This document shows, in pieces, positions 12,431-24,400 of a DNA stretch of 64,000 nucleotides. Within the stretch, counting starts at the first letter, position 1, and the number at the start of each line of letters is the position of its first letter. Origin of the DNA: Lama glama (taxonomy: Eukaryota); contig CM052816.1 of the NCBI GenBank assembly GCA_028534125.1, positions 95,110,001 through 95,174,000 on the forward strand. The letters run 5' to 3'. The translations under genes were made by a program, and so were the position numbers. The notes beneath the pieces are model-generated. The model was not told the DNA's origin and ran no database searches. It saw only the letters and a list, made by a program, of their open reading frames with translations.

Positions 12431-15400
12431 CACACCACACCCAGGGGCAGAGCTGGGATTTGAACCCAGGGATCTGGCTCCAGAACCCCCACTCTTACCG
12501 TCTGCTCTTGTCTCCTGCTAAGAGGAAACTTGTTATTCTTTGAATCTGAAGCTCTCATTTGCATCACAAACCACCACAACAAAAACCTGATTTCTTTTCT
12601 TACTCATGCCTCTCAGAAAAATACTGACATTTACAAATAATTCTACAAAGATTTCTGCAGGGATAATTCTGCCTTTGTATTTTTTAACAAACGACGAGTT
12701 CTAGTGACAGTGAGAAAATCAGTAAATACATGCTGTCACGTTTTTGGCAGCAGGGCAAGTCGCCGTGAGTCTGCCTCAGCCTTGAGTTACTAAGATTATT
12801 GCCACTTTTTATTGCTGCATCAGTCACCACACATACTGTGAGCGACTGATGAAGTTAATTGTGTTTGCAAACTAACTGAAGTGCAGTGCGGCTGCGGGGT
12901 GACCGGGCCTCGGCGTGTGCGCTTCCACAGGGTGGACCCTCTCCCTGCCAGCTTCCGGGGCCTTGAGTATGTTGAACGTCACCTTGGCATTCACTGCCTG
13001 TTCTCGGTGTAGAGAGTCAAACAGCACTTTTTACTTGTCGCCAGTTTATAGAAGACACCTGCGAGGTGTTGTTTTAGGGTTTGTGTCTGCCAAACTGAAA
13101 TGATTCAGAGCTCATTTTTAGACGGGCATCTGTATGGGTCTGCTCCGGCTGCTGGAACAAAACACCGCTGCCTGAGCAGCTGAGACAACAGACACTCACT
13201 TTCTCACAGTCCGGAGGCCAGAAGGGCAGGCCCACGGGGCCGTCAGGCTTGGTTTCCCCCAGGGCTCCGTCCTAGGCTTGCAGACGGCCACCTTCTCTCT
13301 GTGTCCCCGCGTGGTCTCTCCTCTGCGCAGTTGCTTCCCTGGTGTCCCTTCCTCTTCTTGTAAGGACTCCAGTCCTGTCACATTAGGGCCCCACCCTAAC
13401 AGCCTCACTGTAACGTCTTTCAGGGCCCTGTCTCCAAATCCAATCGTGTTCCTAGGTTCTGGGGGATTAGGGCTTCAACATAGGAATTTGGGGAGACCAC
13501 CATTCAGCCTGTAACAGCGCCTTCATCAGCTCCTAATGGGCATGGGATGGGGTGGGGTACCTGCGAGGGGGACGAATTAGAACGAAAAATAGCGGGACAG
13601 TTCTTCCAGCCTCCTCTTTTGGCTAAAAACATTCACGACTCTCTAATCTTGTATTTCAGGAGAGTGAAAATTTATCTTAAATGTATTACAGAATTTTATT
13701 TTGTCTCCATTTCTTAAGGCTTGTCAGGCGACATAGTCTGGGAAATCTTGATAACTTATCAGCCACCTGCAAATGGTATTTTTGTTTTCTTCTTAATTTT
13801 TTGTTTAATCTGAGCCCAAAGGGAGGGAAATTCCTAGGAGTCATACCCAAAGAAGAAACTAAATGCGGGAGCCTTGGGCCCACGTGAGACAGGACATGAC
13901 GTGGTGTCTCTTCCTCTTCTCAGAAGAACACCAGCCATGTGGGATTACAGCCACACCCCAACGGCCTCATTTTTTTAATTGCTATTTTTTATTGAAGTGT
14001 AGTCTTTTTACAGTGTTAGTTTCAGGTGTACCACAAAGCGATTCAGTTATACAAATGCATACATACATATATATTTTTTCAGATTCTTTTCCATTACAGC
14101 TCATTACAAGAAATTGAATATAGTTCCCTGTGCTGTGCAGTAGGTCCTTCTCAATGGCCTCATTTAACCCAAGACCCCAGCTTAAAGCTGGATGGTCATA
14201 GCCCAAACCCACGGAGAAAGGGCACAGAAAGAAATGTGTCTGACAACGCGGTGGGATGGTGAGGAAGCCACTCTGTTTCAGCCTGGCTTCTGGCTTGATA
14301 ACAGAGTCTCCCTGAGAATTTGTAAATGTAGACCGACTTTCCACGGGTGGAGACTTCACACGTGTACTGTCTGCCTATTTTTGTTCTGAGAAATCTGACG
14401 TAGAAACGATTTCCAGGTGCTGTTACTCCTGGTTTGACAGAAGCACGTCCAGCATCTTCCCAGAAGGATGCCGCCTGCACCCCACACCCCAGAGTACCCC
14501 CACAGATCAAGCCTGAACTGAGGGCAAGCTCACGACCCAGACATGAGCGAGAATCAGCAGAGAAAAACGAATAGTAGGGTGAGACCCCCAAAGACCTCAG
14601 ATCATAAAGTAATTAGATACACACCTACAAGATAAATATGCCTAAAATGATTAAACATATAAAAGAATTAAAAACACGAGCAATGAGTAAGACTATCAAA
14701 TAAAGACCAGATGAATCTGAGGAGGGAAAAGCACTAGAAATGAAAAGTAAAATGATTGGAATAAAAATCAATTGATGGGATAAAACAACAGATTTTTGAG
14801 AGAATGACTGGACAGGATTACCTTCCCTTCTTTCCAAAGCAGAATGTCCCCTCCCCACTGAAAAGAAATAGGGGTGGCAGCAGGGAGACTTGAGTCCCAA
14901 ACCCAGACTAATAGTGGGTCCTTAAACTCAGTCCTTTAAGTCACATGCCCTCTGCTTTGCCCTTTTCTGATGGGCTGATACTGGGTACCACGGACCGTGC
15001 GGCAGGCATCCGCAGCTCCCTGGATTGTCCCAGGGAAACTGAAAGCTAAGAAACCCTAAGTGTTCTTCAGCATCACAAAGAAATTGTCCTGGATTTCGTC
15101 ATTCAGCAGGATCCAACCAAATTTGGAACACAGAGGATGCGGCCTGACAAGTTGACTGTACTGTGTGGTTGGGGCAGGTCTGTGGCAGAACAGAGTAGCT
15201 GCCCTGAAGAGGGAAGATGAGCCATACGTGAGCGCCGCACCACTACCCTGGGGCCAGTAGGTGCAGTTAACATGCTCTACCATCTATCCAGTGCCAGGAA
15301 GCTGCCAGGCTCCTCTGTCTTCGTCTGTTCAGCTGCTGTAACGGTGGACCACAAACAGCGTGACTTGTCAACAACAGACATTTATTTCTCACAGTTCTGG

Positions 15401-18400
15401 AGGCCAGAGGTCCAAGATCAAGGCAGATTCAATATCTGGTGGCGTCCTGCTTCCTGACTCACAGAGGGCTGTGTGCTCTGTGTCCTCGCCAGGCAGGAAG
15501 GCAAGGGAGCTCTCTGGGGTTCTCAGGCACAAATCCCATTCCTGAGCACTCCACCCTCATGACCTAAGCACCTTCCAAGTCCCCACCTCCAAACAGCATC
15601 ACCTTGGGGGTTAGGAGCCAACAGCCTCTCTTCTCACTTAAACTTGTCCATCTTAGGATGCAGTGCCCATCCTCTTTGGGGGATGAAGCGGCAAGACTCT
15701 GAGCAGCTGATGAATCTGAGACCATGTAGCTGAGGACCTGGAGGAACTTGCTGACCCCAGAGCACATGCTGGCGGCTGCCATGTGGGGCTGGCTTTTTAA
15801 ATATAAGGCCAGCATTGCCAAAGCGTATCCCGTGGAACACTAGAGCCCTAAAGGATAATTTACCAGCATTACCAGGGGCGGGGAGGTGGATAGTTCTGTG
15901 GTCAAACACACTTGGGAAAGACAGCATGCCCTGTGCCCCATATAAAGCTTACCAGGCACGCTAAAGGCAGAGGGAGTCTGTCCCGAGGAAACCCATCAAT
16001 TTGTTCAACCTAGCATTTCCCGCACCTTTTTGGGTTTTTTTTTTCCCCTTGCAAACCATTATTAACATATTAGCTGTTAAGGAAATAAAAATCAAACTAT
16101 AAGAAACCACTTCACACCCATTAGAATAACTAATTTTTAAATTGAAGTATAGTTGGTTTACAGCGTTCTGTTAATTTCTGGTGTACAGCATAGTGATTCA
16201 GTTTCACATGTGTATTCCCTTTCATATTCTTTCTCATTATAGACTAGTACAAGGCACTGAACGTAGTTCCCTGTGCTGTACAATGGGACCTTGTGGTTTA
16301 TTTTATATACATAGTAGTAGAATAACCGTAATGTAAAAGATAGACAAGAACAAGTGTGGGCGAGCATGTGGAGAATTGGAATGGAACAGTGCTGTGGCTT
16401 CGGAAAGCACTTGGGGATCCCTCAAAAGGGTAAATACGGAGTTACCGTGTGACCCAGCTGCTCCATTCCATGTGTGTACCAAGGAAAGCAAGGTAGCTGT
16501 GCCTGTGTCTACACAAAACTTGTACAGACACAGGTTGTTTGTAGCCGTGTTATTCACAGAAGCCCAAAAGTGGAAACAATGCAATTACTCATCAACAGAT
16601 GAATGGATAATAATGTGGTCTCTCCATGCAGTAGAATATTATTCAGTCATAAAAAGGGATGAAGTACTGATTGATACTTGTTACAACGTGGGTGAGCTTT
16701 GGAAGCATTATGCTCAGTGAAAGAAGCCTGTCCCCAAAGCCTACATGTTTTATGATTCCATTTATGTCAAATGTCCAGAACAGGCAGATCCAGGTGACTG
16801 GTTGCTGGCAGCCAGGAGAGAAGAGGGATTGGAGAGTAAGCCTTGATGCCTGCGTCTGTTTAGGGTGATGAAAATCTTTGAAAATGATTGTGGCAATGGC
16901 CATGCGACTCTAAACACACTCAGAACCCTTGAATTGTATGCTCTAAGTGGGTGAGTTACATTGCAGGTGAGTTACACGTCAACAAGGCTGTTTTTTAAAA
17001 CTGAATTAACTGCTGCGGACGCGAGGGTTTCACGGCACAGCTTGGGGAAGGCTGCCACCTGAGTGGGCTCTGTGGCTGTGACACAGCAGCTGCCCTATGT
17101 CCCCACGGCTGTGTGTCCCCACGGCTGTGTGGCCCCGTCAGAAGCATCATCGGCATTGAGAAGATGTCACAGGCAGGGATTCAGTGGGCCTTTGTGGCGT
17201 CAAGAAGCTGTGCAGAATCGAAACCGAGCAGCCACTCCCTCCGCGTGGTTTACGCGCTGGTTACACGGCTGCTCTTACAGAATATGCTTGAAAGGAGACC
17301 CGAGCAACAAGCAAGAGCCTTGGAAAGTTCCTCAGTGGGTCTGGAGTGACAGAGAGCGTTGAGCGCCTCATCATATTGAGCCCCACCCCGGCCCCCTGAA
17401 CCACACTAACCCTCCGTACTTAGTCATGGTCACTGCTGGCTGATCCAGGCTGGCTGGTGGCGGGGGATGGGAGGGGGCAACCGAGCACTGCCCTCTGGTG
17501 GTTCCCCGTCCACACTGATCTCACCCTGCTCTGTCTTCATTTCAGTGAAAGCCGGTGGGATGCGGATTGTGCAGAAACACCCACATTCTGGAGACACCAA
17601 AGAGGAGAAGGACCAGGACGACCAGGAGTGGGAGAGCCCCAGGTGGGAGAGTTCTCGCGAATCTCGAGATGCCTCACAGACGGTTATTCAGTTAAACGAT
17701 CACCTTTGCTCTCAGCTCTGTGCTTCTGAGAACTCCTGGGCTGTGTGGGGCCCTGTGCTGTGTCCTTTTCCTTTCGTGACCAGTGAGTGTGGGCTCTGTT
17801 CCCAGATGGGGGAGAAATAGGGCATCCGGATCACACCCTCTGTTCTGGTAAGTCTGAGCTCATGCCATTGGCCGTGGGCTTCCGCTAGCATATGGAAATC
17901 ACCTGCAGACCTTTGGAAAGGCCATGCTAGGCAAGTCTCTAGGGTGGGCCTGTTGTTCCGTGCCATCAGGACAGAGAACTTCTGATTTAAATAATGTTCC
18001 CAAGCGTTAGGGCTCTCCCAGTTTCAGCCAAACCTAGAACCATGGACGCCACACCCTTATGAGTGACCAAGTGTCCTTCAGTGACATCTCTGCCCCCAGC
18101 CCCCTGGGTCCTCGACAGCTCATCTTCTTGCGACAGCAGCATCTCTGTTTACCCCTGTCTTCCCTGGAGGTTCTGATGTCAAGTGTGGCGCAAGGACCCT
18201 GATACAAGTCCATTTCCTTCTGCCTTGTCACGCACAAGCATGCAGCACCACGCCTCTCCCTGAACTTACTCGTCCATGTAGAAGAAACTGAATACTACGC
18301 TTTCCACCTTGTAACTCGTCCCCAGACAGGTCTCAGCCAGAGGGAAAGAAAGTGGAGAGCAGCCAACCTGTGCTCCTGTATTTCAGTCCAAGCGTCCCGA

Positions 18401-21400
18401 AGAGCAGGTGGCATTCTCCCCAGTTTACACACGGGAAGCTGAACTCCAAGGACGCTGTACGCTTGCCACGCTGAGCAGGAATTTATACCCAAGTCTGGGG
18501 TCCAGAGCAGGCCAGGCTTCCAAAAGCGTTAGTCCCGACAGCAGGCACCCCCGAAGAAGGATGTGCCTGTGCTTGGTGACCCCACATGTCTGCTTACGTA
18601 TGTGCTGTGCCGTGGAGTGTTTCCTAGGAAACTTTGTGTGGTATTGACAGGGCAGTTTCTTGAGAGGAGGACAAATTGGTGGCGAAGTTTCTGAGTGATG
18701 ATTGCCCATTTTAAATCATGAGATCAGAAACGTGAAGGTTCAGCCCAAGTTCTGGTTTTAAAAGAAGAAGGCTGTTTAAAGAAAATTCTAGAATTATCTT
18801 TCTCGCTGGTTACTTTCACAAAGTTGTGTTTGGCACATAACAGTGTCAGGAATTCTCCTACTGGTCCACAGTCCTGTGTCTGAAAACCTTGGGGCCTGAT
18901 TGGTTTCAGAATTGAGAAATGTTGATGTTTTAGGAGAACAAACAGGTTTTAGAAGAATAAAATGATACAAATTCCATACAGTGCCTGTAGTGGGGCCTCA
19001 GGCAGCCTATTCACGCCAGGGGAGATCCAGTTTAAAAATGTACGGACTCAGATCAGTTCAGGTTAAGTTTTGCCTGCCTAAGAGTTAGAACAAAACTTTT
19101 CAGTGTTCAGAACGTTCTTGGATTTGGAACTGAGGATAGGAGCACGTGGCCTGAAGTCATTTCCTCCACTAGGAAACCTGGGGTGTCATTTCCCTTCATA
19201 TCCTGTGGTTCCTGAAGAAGGAAGAAAAAGGATGAGACCAAAAGGACAGAGAGCCTTGCCTGGAAAAAAAAATCCCGGGAAGTTAATGAAACGTGCTTCT
19301 CTGCGTGAGTTTAAGTGGAATACAGGACAAATAGCTATTTCCCGGGATGGCACAGTATCAGTACAGTGACACATGATAATTTATTAGTGAGTTTAGAAAT
19401 AAGGGCAGAACAGCCCATTAGCTTTCTTTCTATTGATTTTTTTCCTCATGAGGTAAAATACAGCATTTGTCGAAGATGCACAATTTAAGTAAATATGCCA
19501 GAGGATGAATGATTGCAGGGGAAAGGGGAGAGCACCTCGCAGTCTAGATTTGAGCATCTCATCCACTGTGAAGGCTCGTCTGCCCTGGAACCAGGTATTT
19601 TGAAGCAAGCCGACCACAGGGCAGGGCTTACGTAACACGCGAGCGAGGGTCTGTTTGTTCCGTGCAGTCAAATTGCTGAAATATGTTCCTTATGGGTGTG
19701 TTAGCTCTTGTCCTCTGGACTTCGGCTTCTCTCTACTGCTGTGGGTTAAACCACCTGCCACGCCATTGACAGATGGGGTGAGCCTCTGTGGATTCTGAAG
19801 CTATTGGTCTATGTTGCCAATACAACGCCTTCCAAACCCCTGCTCCAGACCTGGCACCCCGTGTAGTAGTCTGTGTCCACCACCACGCACATCTCATTTC
19901 TCTGGTGGGCTCACTGAATAATCATAGTTAATAATTATCACTGATAGTACTACAGAGGGCAGTGAACCTGGTGGCCCTGTTCTGAGTGTTCTGCCCATGT
20001 TGATTCATTTGATCCTTGCAAATAACTCTATCCCCATCCCTAGTGCAGAGCAGGTTGTTGATCATTATCCCCATTCCAGATTACTCCTCCCACTTCAACG
20101 GCCCAGAGAGGTTAAACGACCTTGCCAAGGACACACAATGAGTGAGTGGCAGAGCCAGCACTCCCGACTGGCAGCTGGGCCCAAGGTCCCCACTCTTAGC
20201 CCCTGGGCTGTGTGTGTGTGTGTTTTGTGCTGGGCACTTACTAAGTACTTCACGTCGGGTTTAATGCTTATGCCACCTAAAAGTTGGTGTTATTATGCCC
20301 AATATATAGATGAAGAAATCAAGGTGTAATGAGGTTATCTGACACAATGATACATAGCCAGTCGGTGGCCTGGCCAGGATTCAGTCCTGACTCTGTCTTG
20401 ACTTGGAAGCTCATGTCCTAATAGGCTACAGAAACCCTCTGAATTGACAGAATGTCTTCAGAATCAAGACAGACTATAAATCCAGGTTCCTGTGGAGAAT
20501 AAACTTGTTGATTCTGGGGTTGCCCGCAGCCTTTTCCATGTTCCTCAAGCTCATATCCCACCCATGCAGTGGGTGGCCTCATTACCATTTACAAGGCTTC
20601 AGAGCACTGAGCTGGTTTTACTTTACGCACGGAAGGGCTGTTTGTTTCCAGAATTTGTCAAACATTTAATGCTTTACGTTAATCTCCCTTGGAAATGTCA
20701 TGGCATGTGACTTCACCATTCACATTACCCTAATCCTACAGTTTTATATTTTTTGATGTTTTGAACCCAGTGTTCTCCAAATAGGAAAATAAATACCTTC
20801 TCTCAGATGCTAGTTTCCTCCTTAGATTTGCGTTTGCAAACACTTGGCTTTCCTTCCCGATATTTAGAACTGTGTTTGCATTTACTGACTTACCTCTGGT
20901 GGCTTCCTTCCCCAGTCGGAAAATCAAATACTAATTACAGAGAAAATGAACAACTGGAGCATTAAAGAGGTTATTATGTGACCTCACTCCCCCCCCCCAA
21001 AAGTAAAACACTTTCACTTGTAATTTTTTTTTGCAAATCTTTGTTACTTATTCCCCTTGATCTTGTAATTTTTCAGATATTTAAAAACAATCATTTCTTA
21101 TGCTGCCAAGTTGTTTTGAGACGCTACATTTAAAAAAAAAGAAAAAATGATACCATGGCAGATATTTGAAAATGTTTCCCAAGAATTCTCATCAAGCTAA
21201 ATTCTAGCTACCTGTGGTGCTCCATATCCGAGAAGAGTAGCAGGCATTATTATTAGCTAATATCCTCCTGAGTGGCTGCTAGATTCCATCTCAGAACTGA
21301 CCCAATCAAGGAAAGCTATGATTTTCCTCAGAGCCTTCTGTTGAGCATGTTAAGGCAAAATGCCCACTTTCATTATATAAAGGACTGTGGTACTGTTTCA

Positions 21401-24400
21401 CCCCAAGATAAGCAGGCAATTCCAGTCATCCAGGATGTGGGAGAGACCCAAAGCGGAGTACACAGAGGAACAGGTGGACCTAATTGTAATATGAATGCTT
21501 AATATTTCCAACTGAAAGGGGCGTGGCCGGGGTGGGAGAGGGGATGGACCTCACCTAAGTAACTTTGGGAGACAGTGTTTTGACTAGATACTGTAAGACT
21601 AAAGACAAAAAAAATCCGAAAACCTATGCATAAGGGCTACACTCCACTTAGTAAATGTTTCTTACAGGGGTTTGGGTTGGCAATTCTGAAATTCCTTTAT
21701 GTGTATACTAGGACTGAACAAATAAGTAAATATTTTGTGGCTAAGGAGAGTCAAATTTTTCATTGTCAGAGAAAGAGGGTACAAATAGGAAAGGGGGGAG
21801 ATTAAAATGACCTGCATTGTTTAATTGGAATTGGAGGTAATAGTATGAATGCATAGTTTTAAATAGATGTATGGATGGATCGAAGATACATACCAACGTG
21901 TACATACATACGAACACAAATACAGGTTGGGGGAGGGTCAGTGTGCTTACCTGTACTTCTAGCTGTGTTCACTGAGCGGGTATTAACCAACTGACACCCA
22001 CGTAGCCATGAGCACCCCTCGGGCCTGGATCCTGGTTTCTAAGTACCATTCCCCAGTCAAGGGAACCAGGGTTCCTTGGGGAAATGGTTAATTCTAGCAT
22101 CAAGACAGGAAAAATACTGGCTGAGCCAGGAACAACTTGTAGTGACAGAAGATGAGGGAGTGTTCCTAAAAGGATGGAGTCGTGTCAGAACAATACAGAA
22201 GCCAGCCCAGAGGCACTCCTAATGGCAAAGCTGGAACAATTTGTGCTAAAATAAATAACAAGAGTATAGAGTAAAGTAGATACCCCTGAGTCTATACCGA
22301 AATTAATCATTGAATACGTAAGTGAGGGGGAACAGCTCTTCTGTAAAGAAGAGTTCCAATTTATAAATGCATAGGAAGGAAGGAGCTAGAATATCACCAA
22401 GAGGCTAACGGCACAGAGACTGTGGTAGACAAGATGCACCTATGGATGTTACAATTTGTGGGTGCAAGTTTAAGGAGAAAAGGATATTTGAATTGCCTCA
22501 AAGTATTTTCCCCAGCATATTTATTAATTACAAAGCAAAGAGTATCTTTACAGCAGGGACCATGAAAAGGACACTTGTTTACAATATAAAAGCTGAAATC
22601 AGAAGGCAGAGCGCCATCCTGTCAGACCTCAGACAGGAACCTGTGTATCAGGGATGTTAACATTCGCTGCTCCGTGCACGTCTGTGAATGACCGTGACCG
22701 AGCTGGGAGCATTTGTTTCTCATCAAACTTTCACCTCCTGCTTTCAGGCATCACTGGTACTCTGGCCTAAAACCGTTGTCACTAGACGCCTCCGTGTTTC
22801 CCTAGGGCTGCTGTGACAGACACCACAAACGGGGTGGCTTAAAATAACTGAAGTGTATTATCTCACAGATCTGGAGGCTGGAAGTCCAGGATCCAGGTGT
22901 CCCCAGGGTCGGTTCCCTCTGAGGCTGTGAGGGAGACTCTGTCCAGGCCTCTCTCTAGTTCCCGCTGGTTTGCGGGCATCTTTGGTGACCCTCAGCGGGC
23001 AGATGCGTCACCCTGATCTCTGTCGTCACGGGGCATTCTCCCAGTGTCTCTTCACATCACCGTCCCTCTGTGTGTGTCTGTTTCCATATCCGAATTTCCC
23101 CTTTTCATAAGGACATCGGTCGTATTTGAGTAGGGCCCACCCTAAAAGCTGCATTTTAACTCAGTTACTTCTATAAGACCCTACTTCCAAAAAAGGTCAA
23201 ATCCTAAGGTCGGGGTAAGGAGTTCACATATTGGGGGTCGGGGAAAATTCGGTCCCTAACAGATGCCACATCGTAATGCATGGCCATTTTTAATGATTCT
23301 CTCAGTTAAAGTGAATTCTTTTTTTCTTTTTAAGTTTTAAGGCATACAGCATGATGGTTTGATTTACAAATATTGTGATCGAGTTAATTCTTAAGATAAG
23401 ACATAGAAAATTGAAAATGCTGAAGTTAAGAGATGGCACAAATTATATGTCTGGGAATTTGTATCTTTAAGCCATTATCTGCATGTTTGAACTTTAATTA
23501 AAACCATGTAGTGAACCAATTTCAGCATCATCCTTACCTTCCAACAACATCATCTTTTATATCCAGGCTAGTTGTCAGCCGCCTTTTCAAAGAGATGTAG
23601 CCTTTTCCTCAGCGGGTGTGTGGATGCCAGTGGACTGGAGTGCTGAGGGCCGACCAGCTTCCAGCTCCCATGCTGTTTGGGTGGCCCGTGTGGGCAGGCA
23701 GGGCCCAGGTCGCGGCAGCAACAGCTGACCTGGGTGCTGGAGTGCGGTGAGCCGCAGACCCCTGCCCTTGGCCAAAGGCAGAGTCTTGATATGGTGGGAG
23801 CGCTGAGTGGCAGAGGATGCCCTGGTGACAGGGATAACTTGTCAGCTGCTCGTGGACCCAGATGCCTCCTCCAGGGAAAACCATCCTAAAGGTTCAGTGA
23901 GATCCTCAGAATAGAAAGCGTTTGAGACAATTTCAAGGCAGCGTGAAGTAGTCATGGACCTCTGCTCCGTGGCCCTCACTGTCAGGTTTGCCCCCGCGAG
24001 GCTCCTAGATCCATGTCCTGAGTCTGTAGGTAGCACAGGGCGTGCACGAAGGGCTACAGCTTGTGCACCAGGAAGGGAGTGGTGAAAGTTTTCATTTCAC
24101 CTGGGGCCACTGGGGCAACAGAGAAGTTGACAGAGCTCGTGCAGGCCCCCAAGTCCCCACGTGGCAGCCCCCACCTCAAGTCAGCTGGAGCGTGGAAGGG
24201 GCTGCGGGGGAGGGGGCCTGTGTCTGTGTCCGGAGTCCACCGTCGCAGGCAGCGCATGTCTCCCCATCATTCTGCGAAGGCTCCGACAAACCCACTCTCA
24301 TTTCCACCCGGGTCATCGAGGCAGGACTTCCCGCCAGGCTGGCCACCTCCCCACAAGAAGCAGTGAATCCGTTTCCTGGAGTTTCCATAACAAAGTGCCA

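Noticed and set aside
11903..12582. His/Thr-rich and Cys/Val-rich ORFs
   Set aside because: Translations of the (CA)n/(TG)n low-complexity tract.
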